Shown here: piece after piece, positions 23,805 to 38,800 of the stretch
Numbering within the stretch: the stretch's first letter is position 1
How the letters are laid out: every line of letters begins with the position of its first letter
Assembly (NCBI GenBank): GCA_964187785.1
Contig: OZ076409.1
Coordinates: forward strand, 19,158,001 to 19,222,000
DNA length: 64,000 nucleotides
Direction: 5' to 3'
From: Amphiscolops sp. MND2022
Taxonomy: Eukaryota
The notes under the pieces: generated by a model
The model's input: only the letters and a program-made list of their open reading frames with translations
Told to the model about the DNA's origin: nothing
Database searches by the model: none
Made by a program: the position numbers and the translations under genes

Positions 23805-24086
23805 TTACAATTGAAATATCATCCAGAAAAAACATCGTTGTCCATGGTTTTTTTGAAATTCTGTCGAGATCACTGTTAATCCGTAAAATACCGTGATGAA
23901 ACGGTATGTTCCGGTGGCTTTCCCTCCTCTTATTTGAAAATTGCAGTGTTTTGCTGTTTCTTTATCTAACGGAACTTGTCTATATGCATAGCGCATATCA
24001 AGAGAAGGGTAAAAACCTGGTCCATTTCCTTCGTTATCTAGTTGTTCTGCTACCATATCATCTAAGTTTTCAACAAACTTGGGCAC
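23805..24086 (-). pseudogene. Gypsy reverse transcriptase remnant
   Basis: SLDMRYAYRQVPL...GTYRFITVFYGLTVISTEFQK, typical Gypsy RT motifs; the YxDD region is frameshifted. Confidence 0.9.
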
Positions 24087-25411
24087 TTTTTAGTATTTGT
24101 ATTCAATTACTTAAATGTTTAATGCTCTAGCTTCAAGTGCTATTTTCATACTCTTGTCTCGTTTTACTGTGATAAGGACAGGTTGTATAAATACTTTATC
24201 CATTTTTTCTCTAACTCGCTCGATGTGTCCTTCTTCTAATAATCTTTTAAGTTGTTCTTCTTCAGCTTCATGCAGCTAAAAAGGTACTTTGTTTACCCTT
24301 TTGTTGTGTTATTTTCGCATTTGTTCTGAATTCAGTTTTTACGTCCTGTACAATTAATTTTCCTTGACGCTCGAATACTTTTTTAAAATTGTTTCATGAA
24401 TTTCATTTGTTCGTTAACGTTTTTTTAAATTAATTATTTCAGTTTGTTTTCACGCTTCAGTTGATTTATTGATTTTATTTAGTAGTGAGTTTTTGTAGTT
24501 ACTTTATTGATAGAACTTACCTTTTTTCGGATTTGGTGAGACAAATCGACAACTGAATGCATTCATTCAATCCTGTTTGATCAATGATTTTGCGCCGTTT
24601 TCTGCAATCAATATTCTCGCCTTCTTCAGTTTGCGCTTCCCCACGTCCAGTTGGCAAAACACATCTCCCAATATATTTAGTTTCCGTCTGTTGAGGTTGA
24701 CGTATTCTTCATCTTTCGGCGATTCACGGATGAAGAGTGGTTCTCTTTTCATTGTTTACTTGATTTTGCCTATTTCAATGATTTACCATTACCCCCTTCT
24801 TTCCACATTTCATGCAAGTTATCCCCATTGCCTTGCACTCTTTTAAATGTTGTGGAGTAAATATGGCTTCACACCTGAAACACTTCTTGCTGGGTCCCCA
24901 TCTTTGTGCTCCACTTTGATCGTTGTTATTTATTCCATTCGCCTTCGTCTTTACGTTTGTCTATTGTCTTTTCCAGTTTCACGAACGATTTCTGTCTTAT
25001 GGTACTTTCTTCATATGCAATCGCAAATTCAGTATTTTTTTGTACCGTTGCTTTTGTCTCCGTGTAAGATTTTTGTTGGACGTGTTTGTATACCACATTC
25101 ACAATGAAGACGCCTTTCACGAGACTTTCTGCTGCAGTTAGTTTCACGTTTAACTTCCCGCTGCCACGTGATTTGATGATTTTTCGACATTTTAGACATA
25201 TTGGCCAATTTTAGACGTTATTGCTGTTTTTCAGACGTATTTTGATGGTTTTTTGACATTTCAAACGAATGTCAGTTTCAGACGTTATTCCGCTTCTTAG
25301 ACGTTTTTCCACTTTTTAGACGTTATTTCCGTTCATTTCAGATTTAGATGTTATTCCTTCAGACGTTATTTCTGTTCCCTTTTTCTTTTTCCAAGTTTCT
25401 GCTAGGTACCA

Positions 25412-25806
25412 AGTGACATGCTGATGTCTGGTTTTGAAATTTGGTGTCCCATTTTCATAGCAACATCAAGAACTTTTTGATAGACATCCTCGTCGGCTTC
25501 TTTTTTCACTCCGAATGTTCTGACACTTTCTCGCCTTCCATACTGCTAATTAGAATCAGCATTGAATAGGCTGCAAAGTTCACCAGTAATTGGGGATTGC
25601 TCAGGGTCTTGGGACTGCTTCTCTCGGAGCTCCGAAACCTCAGAAGCTGCACAGAAGCCACACAAAAAAAAGGACGATTCATGAATCCTTCGGGTATTTT
25701 TTGGGAGCCAGGTAGCGATCCACGCCACACAGCCCTTTCCGTTCTGCCCTTTTCCCGTACATTCAATCAGGTGCGACGTGCCCTCATTTTCATCTTGATT
25801 GGATGA
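25412..25806 (-). pseudogene. Non-LTR retrotransposon (CR1/L2-like) ORF1 fragment with N-terminal PHD-like Cys cluster
   Basis: Translation IECTGKGQNGKGCVAW...FLCGFCAA...ADSN*QYGRRESVRTFGVKKEADEDVYQKVLDVAMKMG..DISMS matches the EQYSRRxNxRIxG motif of LINE ORF1 proteins. Confidence 0.7.
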
Positions 25807-26381
25807 TGCAATTCTAGTAGAGGGGATGTTTCTCTGAAACTCTTTATTAAGGTTATCACAATTAGGCTTCTAATGAGCTTAGGCATCTAAACTAATGAGC
25901 TGTTCGTCATCGTTTATTATTATTGTTATTATTAAAAGACTCAATTCACAATTAAGGAATTACAATAGTAATGGTTATGAACGGCAAGTCTTACAAAAAC
26001 ATTTTATATAGAAGGAGCAAGAGTTATTCAAGTTAAAAGACTGCAGTTTATTTTCAAAGTAGGCATCGAGACGCTTAACAAAAAGGCAATAAGGCATTTC
26101 AAAGTTAACTTCAACTGGCTAAGGTTTTTGATGATTTCTTCTGCATTGCAGGTGATATTGGCTTGGAATAGCCTGTTAATGATCGACGCTAGTTCCTTGG
26201 ACAATAGTTCGTACACAGTACCGGGCATCAGGTCGAAGAGGACAGTAAGTTTTTTTAGCGTAATCGTTAACCCAATTGTTCGATCGCAGCTGATGTCTCA
26301 AACTATATTTCCGATTTGAATGCGAAAAAATATTTTTCTCGCAATTTGTTGCTTGTGGCTGGTATGTGGTTCCCTATTTTC

Positions 26382-26828
26382 GTTGCAGACCACGGGTGTG
26401 TGTCTTCCCCCCCCCCCCCCCAACATGATGATACACATGGCACTTGATTGATGACGAAGATCCATGATATCTGATAGAGGAGAAAAAAATGAGAAACTTT
26501 TTTGTAGATCAGTGAATCACAGTATTTGATATGCCTGTCACTTCTGTGCTCACTTCATCGGCAGTTTTATTTTCACGTTTTCAAACACGGGAATTGCTCT
26601 TTTTCCTCGCCTCATGCATAATGTCATCTCACATGATACCAGATCGATGGACATTTTTAGGATTGTCTCGGCTCATTCTTGTCCCAATTGAGTATCTTGC
26701 CTCATTCAGCCTACTCCATTCTCGGGTTGCAGACCACGGGTGTGTGTCTTCTCCCCCCAACATGATGATACACATGGCACTTGATTGATGACGAAGATCC
26801 ATGATATCTGATAGAGAAGAAAAAAAAT
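26382..26828 (+). repeat. ~105-bp direct repeat (26382-26490 and 26726-26828) upstream of the MAPK gene
   Basis: gttgcagaccacgggtgtgtgtctt-(C-run)-aacatgatgatacacatggcacttgattgatgacgaagatccatgatatctgatagag occurs twice, differing mainly in C-run length. Confidence 0.95.
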
Positions 26829-26939
26829 TGAGTATCCCAATAGGAGTCATGAAGTTACCATTTTCCATTACCATTGATTCTGCAGTTTCCACTGCCCTGA
26901 TCTGTATCATTTCCACATTTTTCAGAATTTGCAGTCTAG

Positions 26940-30550
<3,611 letters not shown>

Positions 30551-33429
30551 CATATCACAAAATGCAATTGCAATAAGAAAATTTGTACTAATAAGTTAAT
30601 TTTTCACTTCCCACGTTTCGCTGGTTGATATTGCAGAAGAATATATGTTGGCATTACTTGTACTTATGACCGGCGGCCAGCCGTGGGCCACCACCCATGA
30701 TGACCTTAACATGACTTTGTGTTTGTCTTCTATAATTGTTGTCTACTCAGGGTTTAAACAAACGGAAGTTACCTGATGAGAAGAGACTTGAGCAATTAGC
30801 ATTAAATTGATAGTCGTTGTGATTAATATGTAAATCCTTCTCAAGTTGAAGTTAGCAGGTGCAAGCGAACATACTAGTGGTCCCATCCTCTCTGACCCAA
30901 AGACTCCCACGAAATAATGGCTCCTGTGATATCTACTCGATCACGAAAGCAGTAAGAAAATCAAGGATCATGTTTCGCACTTGTTTCAGAACAATTTTCA
31001 AAAGCGGAAAAAGAAAAACGTTGTTTTGAGACTTCAGAACTTATCGTAGTCGGAGCAATAAGAACAACCTTCTATAGATGATTTGAGAAAGAAAATGGTT
31101 CTATAGAAATCATTCCATGGGTTGTTTGCTTGAAGATTACTGTGACTAATTTCAGTTGTTGATTGAACAAAAAAATCAAAGTGAGACCATTTTGCCATGT
31201 AAAAATGACCTTTTCTGTTCTCTGTATTTTTCATCTCGAGGTTTGTTTGGAAAGATTTGTATCAATTTCAAAAGTAATCCGTCAAATAGCCATTGATTTT
31301 TGGGCGTCTTTGTTAACCTCCTTCCCAAACGAACCCGTGCCCCTAACCTCCCCTCTTGTTCCCGGGACGAAGGGCAAAACAACAAACTCTGTGCTGCTGC
31401 TGCATCGCTAGATCTATTTGCTGTTGTCTTCATCTTTTCACTCATACAGATCTTCATTCTTTTTCCAGTTAAAGCCTATTTTTATAAGAACAAATGTTTA
31501 ACGATTAAGTTGTCAGATACTTGTAATTTCTTGTTTGCCATGTCTTTATTTTACTAAGAAGAAATGTTTCAGGTGTTAATTTTGCAATTAATTGTCATTT
31601 CATTAAACTTTTCGTTCTTTCACATCTAAGGCTGTTTAGCTAGCATATTGTCAATGGTCGATAGCATTTCGTAATATTTGAGTTGAATGAATCACGTGTT
31701 TCCGTGTTGACAAAAGTTGAATAGGTTAAACTAGCAAGGATACGAATATTTGTCAATCCTCATGCTTTACAGAGTTTATCTCTCGGCTTTCAAACATAAT
31801 CTATCGGTTTTCTCAGTTCCTTGGCGGAACTTCGCAATGGTTCCGAAAAGTTACCCTCATCAATGACTCATCAGATGTTTTAAGAATTGTAAAATGCTCG
31901 ATTCTTCATTCCATTGCTGCTGCCAACCTAGTTTGATTCTTTTTCCATAAAAAAGGTTATAGATAATTGTCAAATGACTATAATAAACATAGATGACATG
32001 TATGTACTATATCTCTCATATTCTCAATTATTCTTGCCCATTGGAAACATCAATGTGTGAAAAAAAGTCAACCAGATCGGTTATTCGTCAGTTCATAATT
32101 ACGACTTAGAAAAACTTGTTGAAGGAATTTTATTTTAAGCTGCATTTTCTCATTTTTTGTTGAAACCAAAAATTCATATGGTTAGAAAATCATTTTCTGC
32201 CTTTCAACCGAGGTTTTTTTGAAAGTTAATTGTACTTAAAACCATCTGAATGGAATCGATTCTGGCATTTTGCTTCTATTGTTGAGAAATGGTGTCAATA
32301 AATGCATTGATAGAATTTCAACGACTTTCAGAAACATTTTCTTCCAATATGCTTCCATTTGGTAATGTTCTCAATTGGAGGATGAATGGCTGGCTATATT
32401 TGGATTGATTTAGGTCGATTTTCCAGTTTTTATATTGCTTTCGAGAAATAAATGATGTAAAGTAGCAAAACAAAGTCGTCAAATGAAGAACACGTAACTG
32501 TCTCGCGTCCTGTCTGCCTTAACTGACAGAGAACCATCGGTTATTTGTTAACTTTGGAATTCATTTGGAAGGTCATTATCGTTATTATTTTTAATTGGCA
32601 GAGCTTTGTTCTTTTATTCAAATGAAAATACTAATACTAAAGTTTTGGATTGTTTTGAAAAGTCTGCCTGAAACGTTTTAGACGTTCATTTATGAAACTA
32701 TAAAAAAATTGTGGCAATGATATAGTTTTTCATGTTTATGAATTTTTGCTGTTACAGAAATGCTACTCAGTCCTCGAAGGGGCCGATTTTCTGGAAATAG
32801 TTCCATTCATTTCCTTTTCAATAGAACATAGTCAAATGTTCTCTGTGTCTAAACTCTTAACAAGTGAGCAAGTATTTCGCATTTTGGGTTATAATAAGTC
32901 ATATCTTTAATTCCCGAGATACTCTGGTCGTTCAATATATTTTCGAAAAGCCTCCTTTTGAGTCAATAACCTTTCGGCTGTCTAGCAGTCAAATCCTTTG
33001 GCAAGCAAAGAATTGCCAAGAAAACTCTGGTCCCTTGGTTATGCGCAAACATTTTTACTTGAATTTTCTAGTGAAAGCTGGTGTAATAATGGAACACAAG
33101 CTGTATTTCCCAGTTTGGTAATTTTCCAATAAAAGTCGGACTATTTTTGTGTAGGCTGGAACATCATCGAAACATAGGCGAAACAAGTTACTCGTCGTGT
33201 ATATCAGAGCTATTATGTCCTCAGGCAGTTAAAAGTATGATTTTTCTTGAAAGCTAGCGCTCTCACCTTTTCTGACGAAAAGCGTGTTGGCGATCGGTAA
33301 TATATGGATAATAATACATCGCAGCGAGTTGACGTCTAGACTTTGTCAATTCGGACCAATTCTGACTGACGAAACACACGTTTACCAAATTTGCGCTTTC
33401 TGAATCTTAATTTTTCTTAAGACTGGTGT

Positions 33430-33745
33430 TTTTTCCACATAACTTTTTTTCTAATCTTGTATCAAGGCCTCTTCAACTTTTACTAGGAACGAAACGTTTT
33501 GCAAGCACAGAGGACTCTAGTGTTTTTGGCACTATGAGACATTTTCCGAAAGAAAAAAATCGTTTTTTCAAAAATTGTTTTCGCGAAAAGTGGTTTCCGA
33601 GTCTTATCGAGCATGAAAGGCACCCTTTGGGTGTCTCGAAACTGTTTTCGAAGCTTTTCATAAAAACGTCTTGTCATATTTTAGAAACTGCGCTTTTCGA
33701 GCCTTAGATATACCGTAGACTTTAGACGTTCCCGTCTTGTTTCAG
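33430..33745 (+). mobile_element. HINE-family 3' part; 5' boundary approximate
   Basis: Core motifs, then gagccttagatata..gactttagacgttcccgtcTTGTTT. Confidence 0.6.
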
Positions 33746-34205
33746 TCTCGTCTAACTTTGCCCGACAATAAATAATGCTGTATCGTGGACAGAGTTGGAA
33801 GTTTTGGCAATAGCCAACAACTGCAGAGTGCATACATGGTATTGCAAATCTAGTAACCTCATTGACAAACTAGCGAGGAATAAAGTAGCGATAGCAGTTA
33901 CCGTAAAGATAGATGAATTAGCGAAAATAGCAGATAGCGATTTTCAAACGTCGGACGCTAGCGAATAGCAGTTATGGTTTGCGAGTCACACATCGCGTTG
34001 AAGCACATTCAATACTGATAAAAAGAATAAGTTTGAATCATTGTACCTGCGCAATGCAACTCATATATAGTACCTTTTTCTTTTGACATGAGTTTTTTGG
34101 CGTTGAAGTGACGCGAAACTGGATTCGAACCATGTCTAATGCAACTAACGAATTTAATTTTAGAGGGTGAACTGCCATATTTGAGCTAGAATCTTTCATT
34201 GTCTC

Positions 34206-34451
34206 TGTACAATCTAAACATGCATAATTTGACTTAAATTTGATTCATAATCTTCTCTCAATTTTGCTTGCCGCGCTTGTGAAGAAAGTTGGATGAATTT
34301 GTAGAATTTATTCACACTTGTTCACATTTATTCATCATATCACTCTTTTGTTAATAAAAGTTGAAAGACAGTCAGCTTTGTCAGCTCAGCCAGCTTTGTT
34401 TGTTGAGTAAACAAACAAATTCTCAAGTACCTTTCAAGGATCGTAGCATCA
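34206..34451 (+). repeat. BEL/Pao 5' LTR
   Basis: TGTACAATC...GTAGCATCA; contains aataaa and a tttgtttgtt/aacaaacaaa hairpin. Confidence 0.97.
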
Positions 34452-34454
34452 TTT

Positions 34455-34471
34455 TGGTGGCCATAGAGAGG
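34455..34471 (+). promoter_or_regulatory. Primer-binding site
   Basis: TGGTGGCCATAGAGAGG 3 nt after the LTR; its complement fits a tRNA 3' end (C61..TATGGCC-A-CCA). Confidence 0.8.
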
Positions 34472-34495
34472 CATACACTGCTCTAACTCATAAAG

Positions 34496-35893
34496 ATGAC
34501 AGACATTGCTCGTCAATACAGACTTCAAAAACGTCATTTGCAACAGCAATTGAAAGAATGGAACGACATGAAAACAGATTCAACTACAGTGCATTCACTC
34601 AAGGAACTACAAATTCGTTCAGACTTGTTAATTCGTCTGCAAAAGGAACAGAAAGAACTAAGTGAAAAATTGTTGAAAGAAACTACTGAAGAAAACTACG
34701 ATGCCGTTGGCGATGAAATGTTCACATTGGATTGTGACGTACAGCGAATAATAACAGAAATCAATTGGGAATATAATCAACTAAGTTCAGCTAACCAATC
34801 GAATGTTGTGACAAGCAGTACTCATCCAACTCCAACAATCAACACAGAGAATTCCGTTGCTAAATTACCACAAATTGAATTACCTAAATTTAATGGCAAT
34901 TATTCTGATTGGCTCGCTTTTTACGATCAATTCAGCAGCTCTGTTGATAAAAATCCAAAGTTATCAAACGTTCAAAAATTGATTTATCTTAAACGTTGTT
35001 TAACTGGACCAGCTGAGCGATTAATAAAAAATCTTGAAACAACAGAAGCTAATTATGACAACGCAGTCAAAATATTGACTGATCGATATCATAACGAAAG
35101 AATTATTGTTCGTAATTTGCTAACTCGAATTATTGAATTCCGACCTGTACGAACTGAAAATGCTTTCCAATTACGATTACTTCATAACACTTTCCACGAA
35201 ACAGCTCTTGCCTTAGAGTCAATGAATCAACTGGTCGACAACATCATGTGGTATCAATTGGTGTTCTCCAAAATGGATCCTGAATCACAGAAGGCATGGG
35301 AACTAGCAAATCCTGGAACAAAGTGTCTGGAATACACAAACTTGATGAAATTCCTGGACTTGAGAACCCGCTCCATGGAAACTTGTCAACCAAAGGAGAA
35401 TTCAATGAAGATGAAGGAAACCAAGCAACTATTCACAACTGAAACAGAGAGAGCTTCAACACAGCACTGTCCCGTTCCAACTTGCAAAGCTAAACATGCT
35501 ATTTGGAAATGCCCTGTATTTCAAGCTCAATCACCTACTGAACGGAAAGAAACTGTCATACAAGGTAAACTTTGCTTCAATTGTCTCAGATCAGGCCATG
35601 TCCTAGCAAAATGCACTTCACAGTCAAAATGCAAGACTTGTCAGTCCAAGCATCATTCCTTTTTGCATGAGATTAGCAGCAAACCAGTCAATAATTCTGC
35701 CGAAATTCATAGTACGTTAGCTATCGAATCGAATCATGAAAAGTCAGGAAAAATCTCACTTTTACCAACTGCTCAAGTCGAAGTTCTAGATAAAAGAGGT
35801 AATAAGGTGAAACTTAGAGCTCTTCTAGATACTTGTGCTCACATTAGCGCCATTACAACAACTGCTTGTAAAAAAGTTAGGCCTACAAGTTGA
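34496..35893 (+). CDS. gag: BEL/Pao gag plus N-terminal half of the aspartic protease
   Basis: LPQIELPKFNGNYSDWLAFYDQF (DUF1759-type), three Cys/His knuckles (incl. CFNCLRSGHVLAKC, CKTCQSKHHSFLH), LRALLDTCA. Confidence 0.95.
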   Translation: MTDIARQYRLQKRHLQQQLKEWNDMKTDSTTVHSLKELQIRSDLLIRLQKEQKELSEKLLKETTEENYDAVGDEMFTLDCDVQRIITEINWEYNQLSSANQSNVVTSSTHPTPTINTENSVAKLPQIELPKFNGNYSDWLAFYDQFSSSVDKNPKLSNVQKLIYLKRCLTGPAERLIKNLETTEANYDNAVKILTDRYHNERIIVRNLLTRIIEFRPVRTENAFQLRLLHNTFHETALALESMNQLVDNIMWYQLVFSKMDPESQKAWELANPGTKCLEYTNLMKFLDLRTRSMETCQPKENSMKMKETKQLFTTETERASTQHCPVPTCKAKHAIWKCPVFQAQSPTERKETVIQGKLCFNCLRSGHVLAKCTSQSKCKTCQSKHHSFLHEISSKPVNNSAEIHSTLAIESNHEKSGKISLLPTAQVEVLDKRGNKVKLRALLDTCAHISAITTTACKKVRPTS

Positions 35894-38800
35894 AAACTCC
35901 GATGAAAGAATTATCGGAGTGAATCAGACATCTTCGCAACCAGTGGAAGGAAATGTCAAAATTTCTGTTAAACCTAAGCATGGAAAAGTGTTCAACATAA
36001 AATGTGTCGTGTTGAATAATATAACAAAAAGTGAGAATCCGAAATGCAAAATTGCCAATGAAGATGTTGAGCGTGCCAAACACTATGATTTAGCAGACCC
36101 GACTTTTAATTCTCCAGGTCACATTGATCTATTACTTGGAATCACTGTATACACACACATACTTCGAGACAAAGCTATCAAAATAGGCACACTTGCCTTA
36201 GTCGAAACAGCATTAGGCTGGACAGTTTCAGGAATAGCTACTCAAGAATCGCCAAATTTTTATCAGGACTCCTATAGTATTAATTTTGTGGAAAATGATG
36301 ACAGTAAGTTTGAGAATTTTTGGAAAATAGAAGATGTCCCAACTTTCCCGGAATCTAACATGAATTCAGAGGAAATTTCTTGTTCGCAACACTATGAGCA
36401 AACCACTACATATGGTCACGATGGTAGAGTCATAGTTCGACTTCCTTTCAAGGAATCTCACTTAACAATTGCATCAAATGGGTCTGATTTGGTGCCCGAT
36501 ATTGGACATTCAGCAAAAAATGCTCTCAGACAATTTATTCGCAATGAAAATAAACTCAAAAATAATGTTATTGCAAAACAGCAATATCATGAATTTTTCC
36601 AAGAAATGATTGACACAGGTCATATTGAACGCGTTCCACCGGATGAGCAGCATCTGGAACCAGGCAAATACTTCGTGATGCCTCATCACGCTGTTTGGAA
36701 AGAATCCACAACCACAAAATGTCGTGCAGTGTTCAATGCATCGGCTAAAACATCAAATGGTAAAAGTTTGAATGATTGTATCATGGTAGGATCCAAGCAA
36801 CAACCAGATTTGATTGAAATTCTGATTAGATTACGCTTTTATCCAATAGTTTTATCAGGAGATGTAACGAAAATGTACAGACAATTGATTTTGAATGAAT
36901 TGGACAGAAATTTGCATCAGTTATATTGGAGATCAGATCCTAGCGAACCAATAACAAAATGGCGATTAACACGAGTAATTTACGGAGTAGCATCGAGTTC
37001 ATATCATGCAATACGGGCTTTGCGTGAATCAGTTGATAAAGCACCAAATCAAACTTGCAGAGACGCAATTTTGAATTCATTTTATGTCGATGATTTTCTT
37101 GGTGGTGCATCATCCCCTGATGAAGCAGTATCACTTTTTAAGGACATAACCACCACATTAGCTAGTCGTGGAATGCCTATTCGCAAATGGGCAAGTAATT
37201 CGAAACAAGTTATGAATGAAATTCCAGTTGAACTACACGAAAACAAAGATTTTTTACTTCTCAAAGATGACCATAGCATCAAGACCCTTGGTCTCAATTG
37301 GACACCTCAAACGGACACTTTCTTTTTTCGTGCATTCGAAAAAACCGATTCAGAGCACTCCACAGCCTTGCCCCATGCTGTCAAGACAGAAAATTCCACT
37401 AAATTCGATGAAAAACACAAGTTTCACGATTTCAGTATTTCAGCACAAGTTGATCCAATGGTCAACTTTCAGGATGAAAATGACCAAGTTAAAATTGGCG
37501 CTGAAGGTCAAAAACGGTTTCGTTCGCATCCCCAGGCTTGCCCCTTGCAAACTAGACAACAGAAAAAGCAAAAATACAAAAAATGTAATTTTTCACCAAT
37601 CACGAAAAATGGACCTATGGTCAACATTCCCATCACTTTTGACAAAGAAAAATTGAAATTACACACCCAAACCTTCGATAAACCACACGAAAATGGTTGC
37701 CCCATTGATTTGCGACCAAAACAAGCATCATACAGTGACTTAACACAAAATTATGACACGTCCGAAAATCACTCCGATGGTCATCTTCGCACTAACTTTT
37801 CTAACACAAATCAGCAAAATATCGTTGCAAACGATACCCCCACCGCTTCTCCACTTGTGCCCCATGCAAAAACGTCAAAAATAACACGCAGGATCATTTC
37901 CAGTTCCCTTGGAAAGGTCTTTGATCCTCTAGGTTTGGTCACACCAGTGACATTACTTCCGAAAATTTTATTTCAAAAAACATGGGATGGTACTTTAAAT
38001 TGGGATGATGACGTTGGGGCAACTACAACGAATCAGTTTTTATACTGGATGGAATCGTTGAAGGATTTGAGTCAACTCCACATTCCTCGTTTAGTGACCT
38101 CTGTGGTCACATTCAAGCCAAAAAATTTCAAACTTCATTTATTCGTAGATGCTTCTGAAAAGGCCTACGGAGCAGCCATATATGCCCCATCAATTTGGGA
38201 CTCTACTAGGGGTGGTGGCTTGCTCATAGCAAAAAGTAGACTGGCTCCAAAACGCTCAGTCAGTCTCCCCAGATTAGAATTATGTGCAATGGTTCTTGGT
38301 GTCAAACTCGTTGAATACGTACTTCAATCCCTAGAACCTTTCAATTTGAACATAAGCATTTCAGCATGGAGTGATTCCACCGTAGCGTTAGCTTGGATAC
38401 AATCCACACCTAGCAGATTCCAGATATTTATAGCAAATCGAATAGCAAAGGTTCAAAGAGCTTTTCCAGTTGAGAACTGGAAATATGTACCTACTTCCGA
38501 AAACCCAGCAGACTATTGTACTCGTCCAGTAGCTCCCAATGATCTTTTGTCATTGGACATCTGGTGGCATGGACCCAATTGGATCCATGAAGAACCAGTC
38601 ACACTACCGAAACAACCTCAAATTTTAGAGAATACAGAGTTTCAAAAAGAGATCCGTAAGAAGGAAATTTTAGCCTTAGATTGTTCGGGCACACTTGCTC
38701 GTCAGACCGGGGGGGACCCGACCGCGTTCGCTGACACTAGTACTGAAAAAGAAATTGTCAAAGTTGACCACATGCTCCCTATAGAAAGATGGGGAACTTT

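Larger units (their letters stand above)
20902..25411 (-). mobile_element. Degenerate Ty3/Gypsy LTR retrotransposon; 3' LTR 20902-21180, 5' LTR missing
   Basis: Minus-strand order: PBS-like TGGTACCTAGCAG (25411 downward), gag and protease fragments, RT, RNase H (LAVVWAVEHFKN-like at ~23220-23280), integrase, PPT, LTR. PR-RT-RH-IN is Gypsy order. Many stops and frameshifts. Confidence 0.9.

Noticed and set aside
31163-31557. Overlapping ORFs, one with a GPI-signal-like hydrophobic tail
   Set aside because: No splice or homology support; hydrophobic runs arise easily from T-rich DNA.
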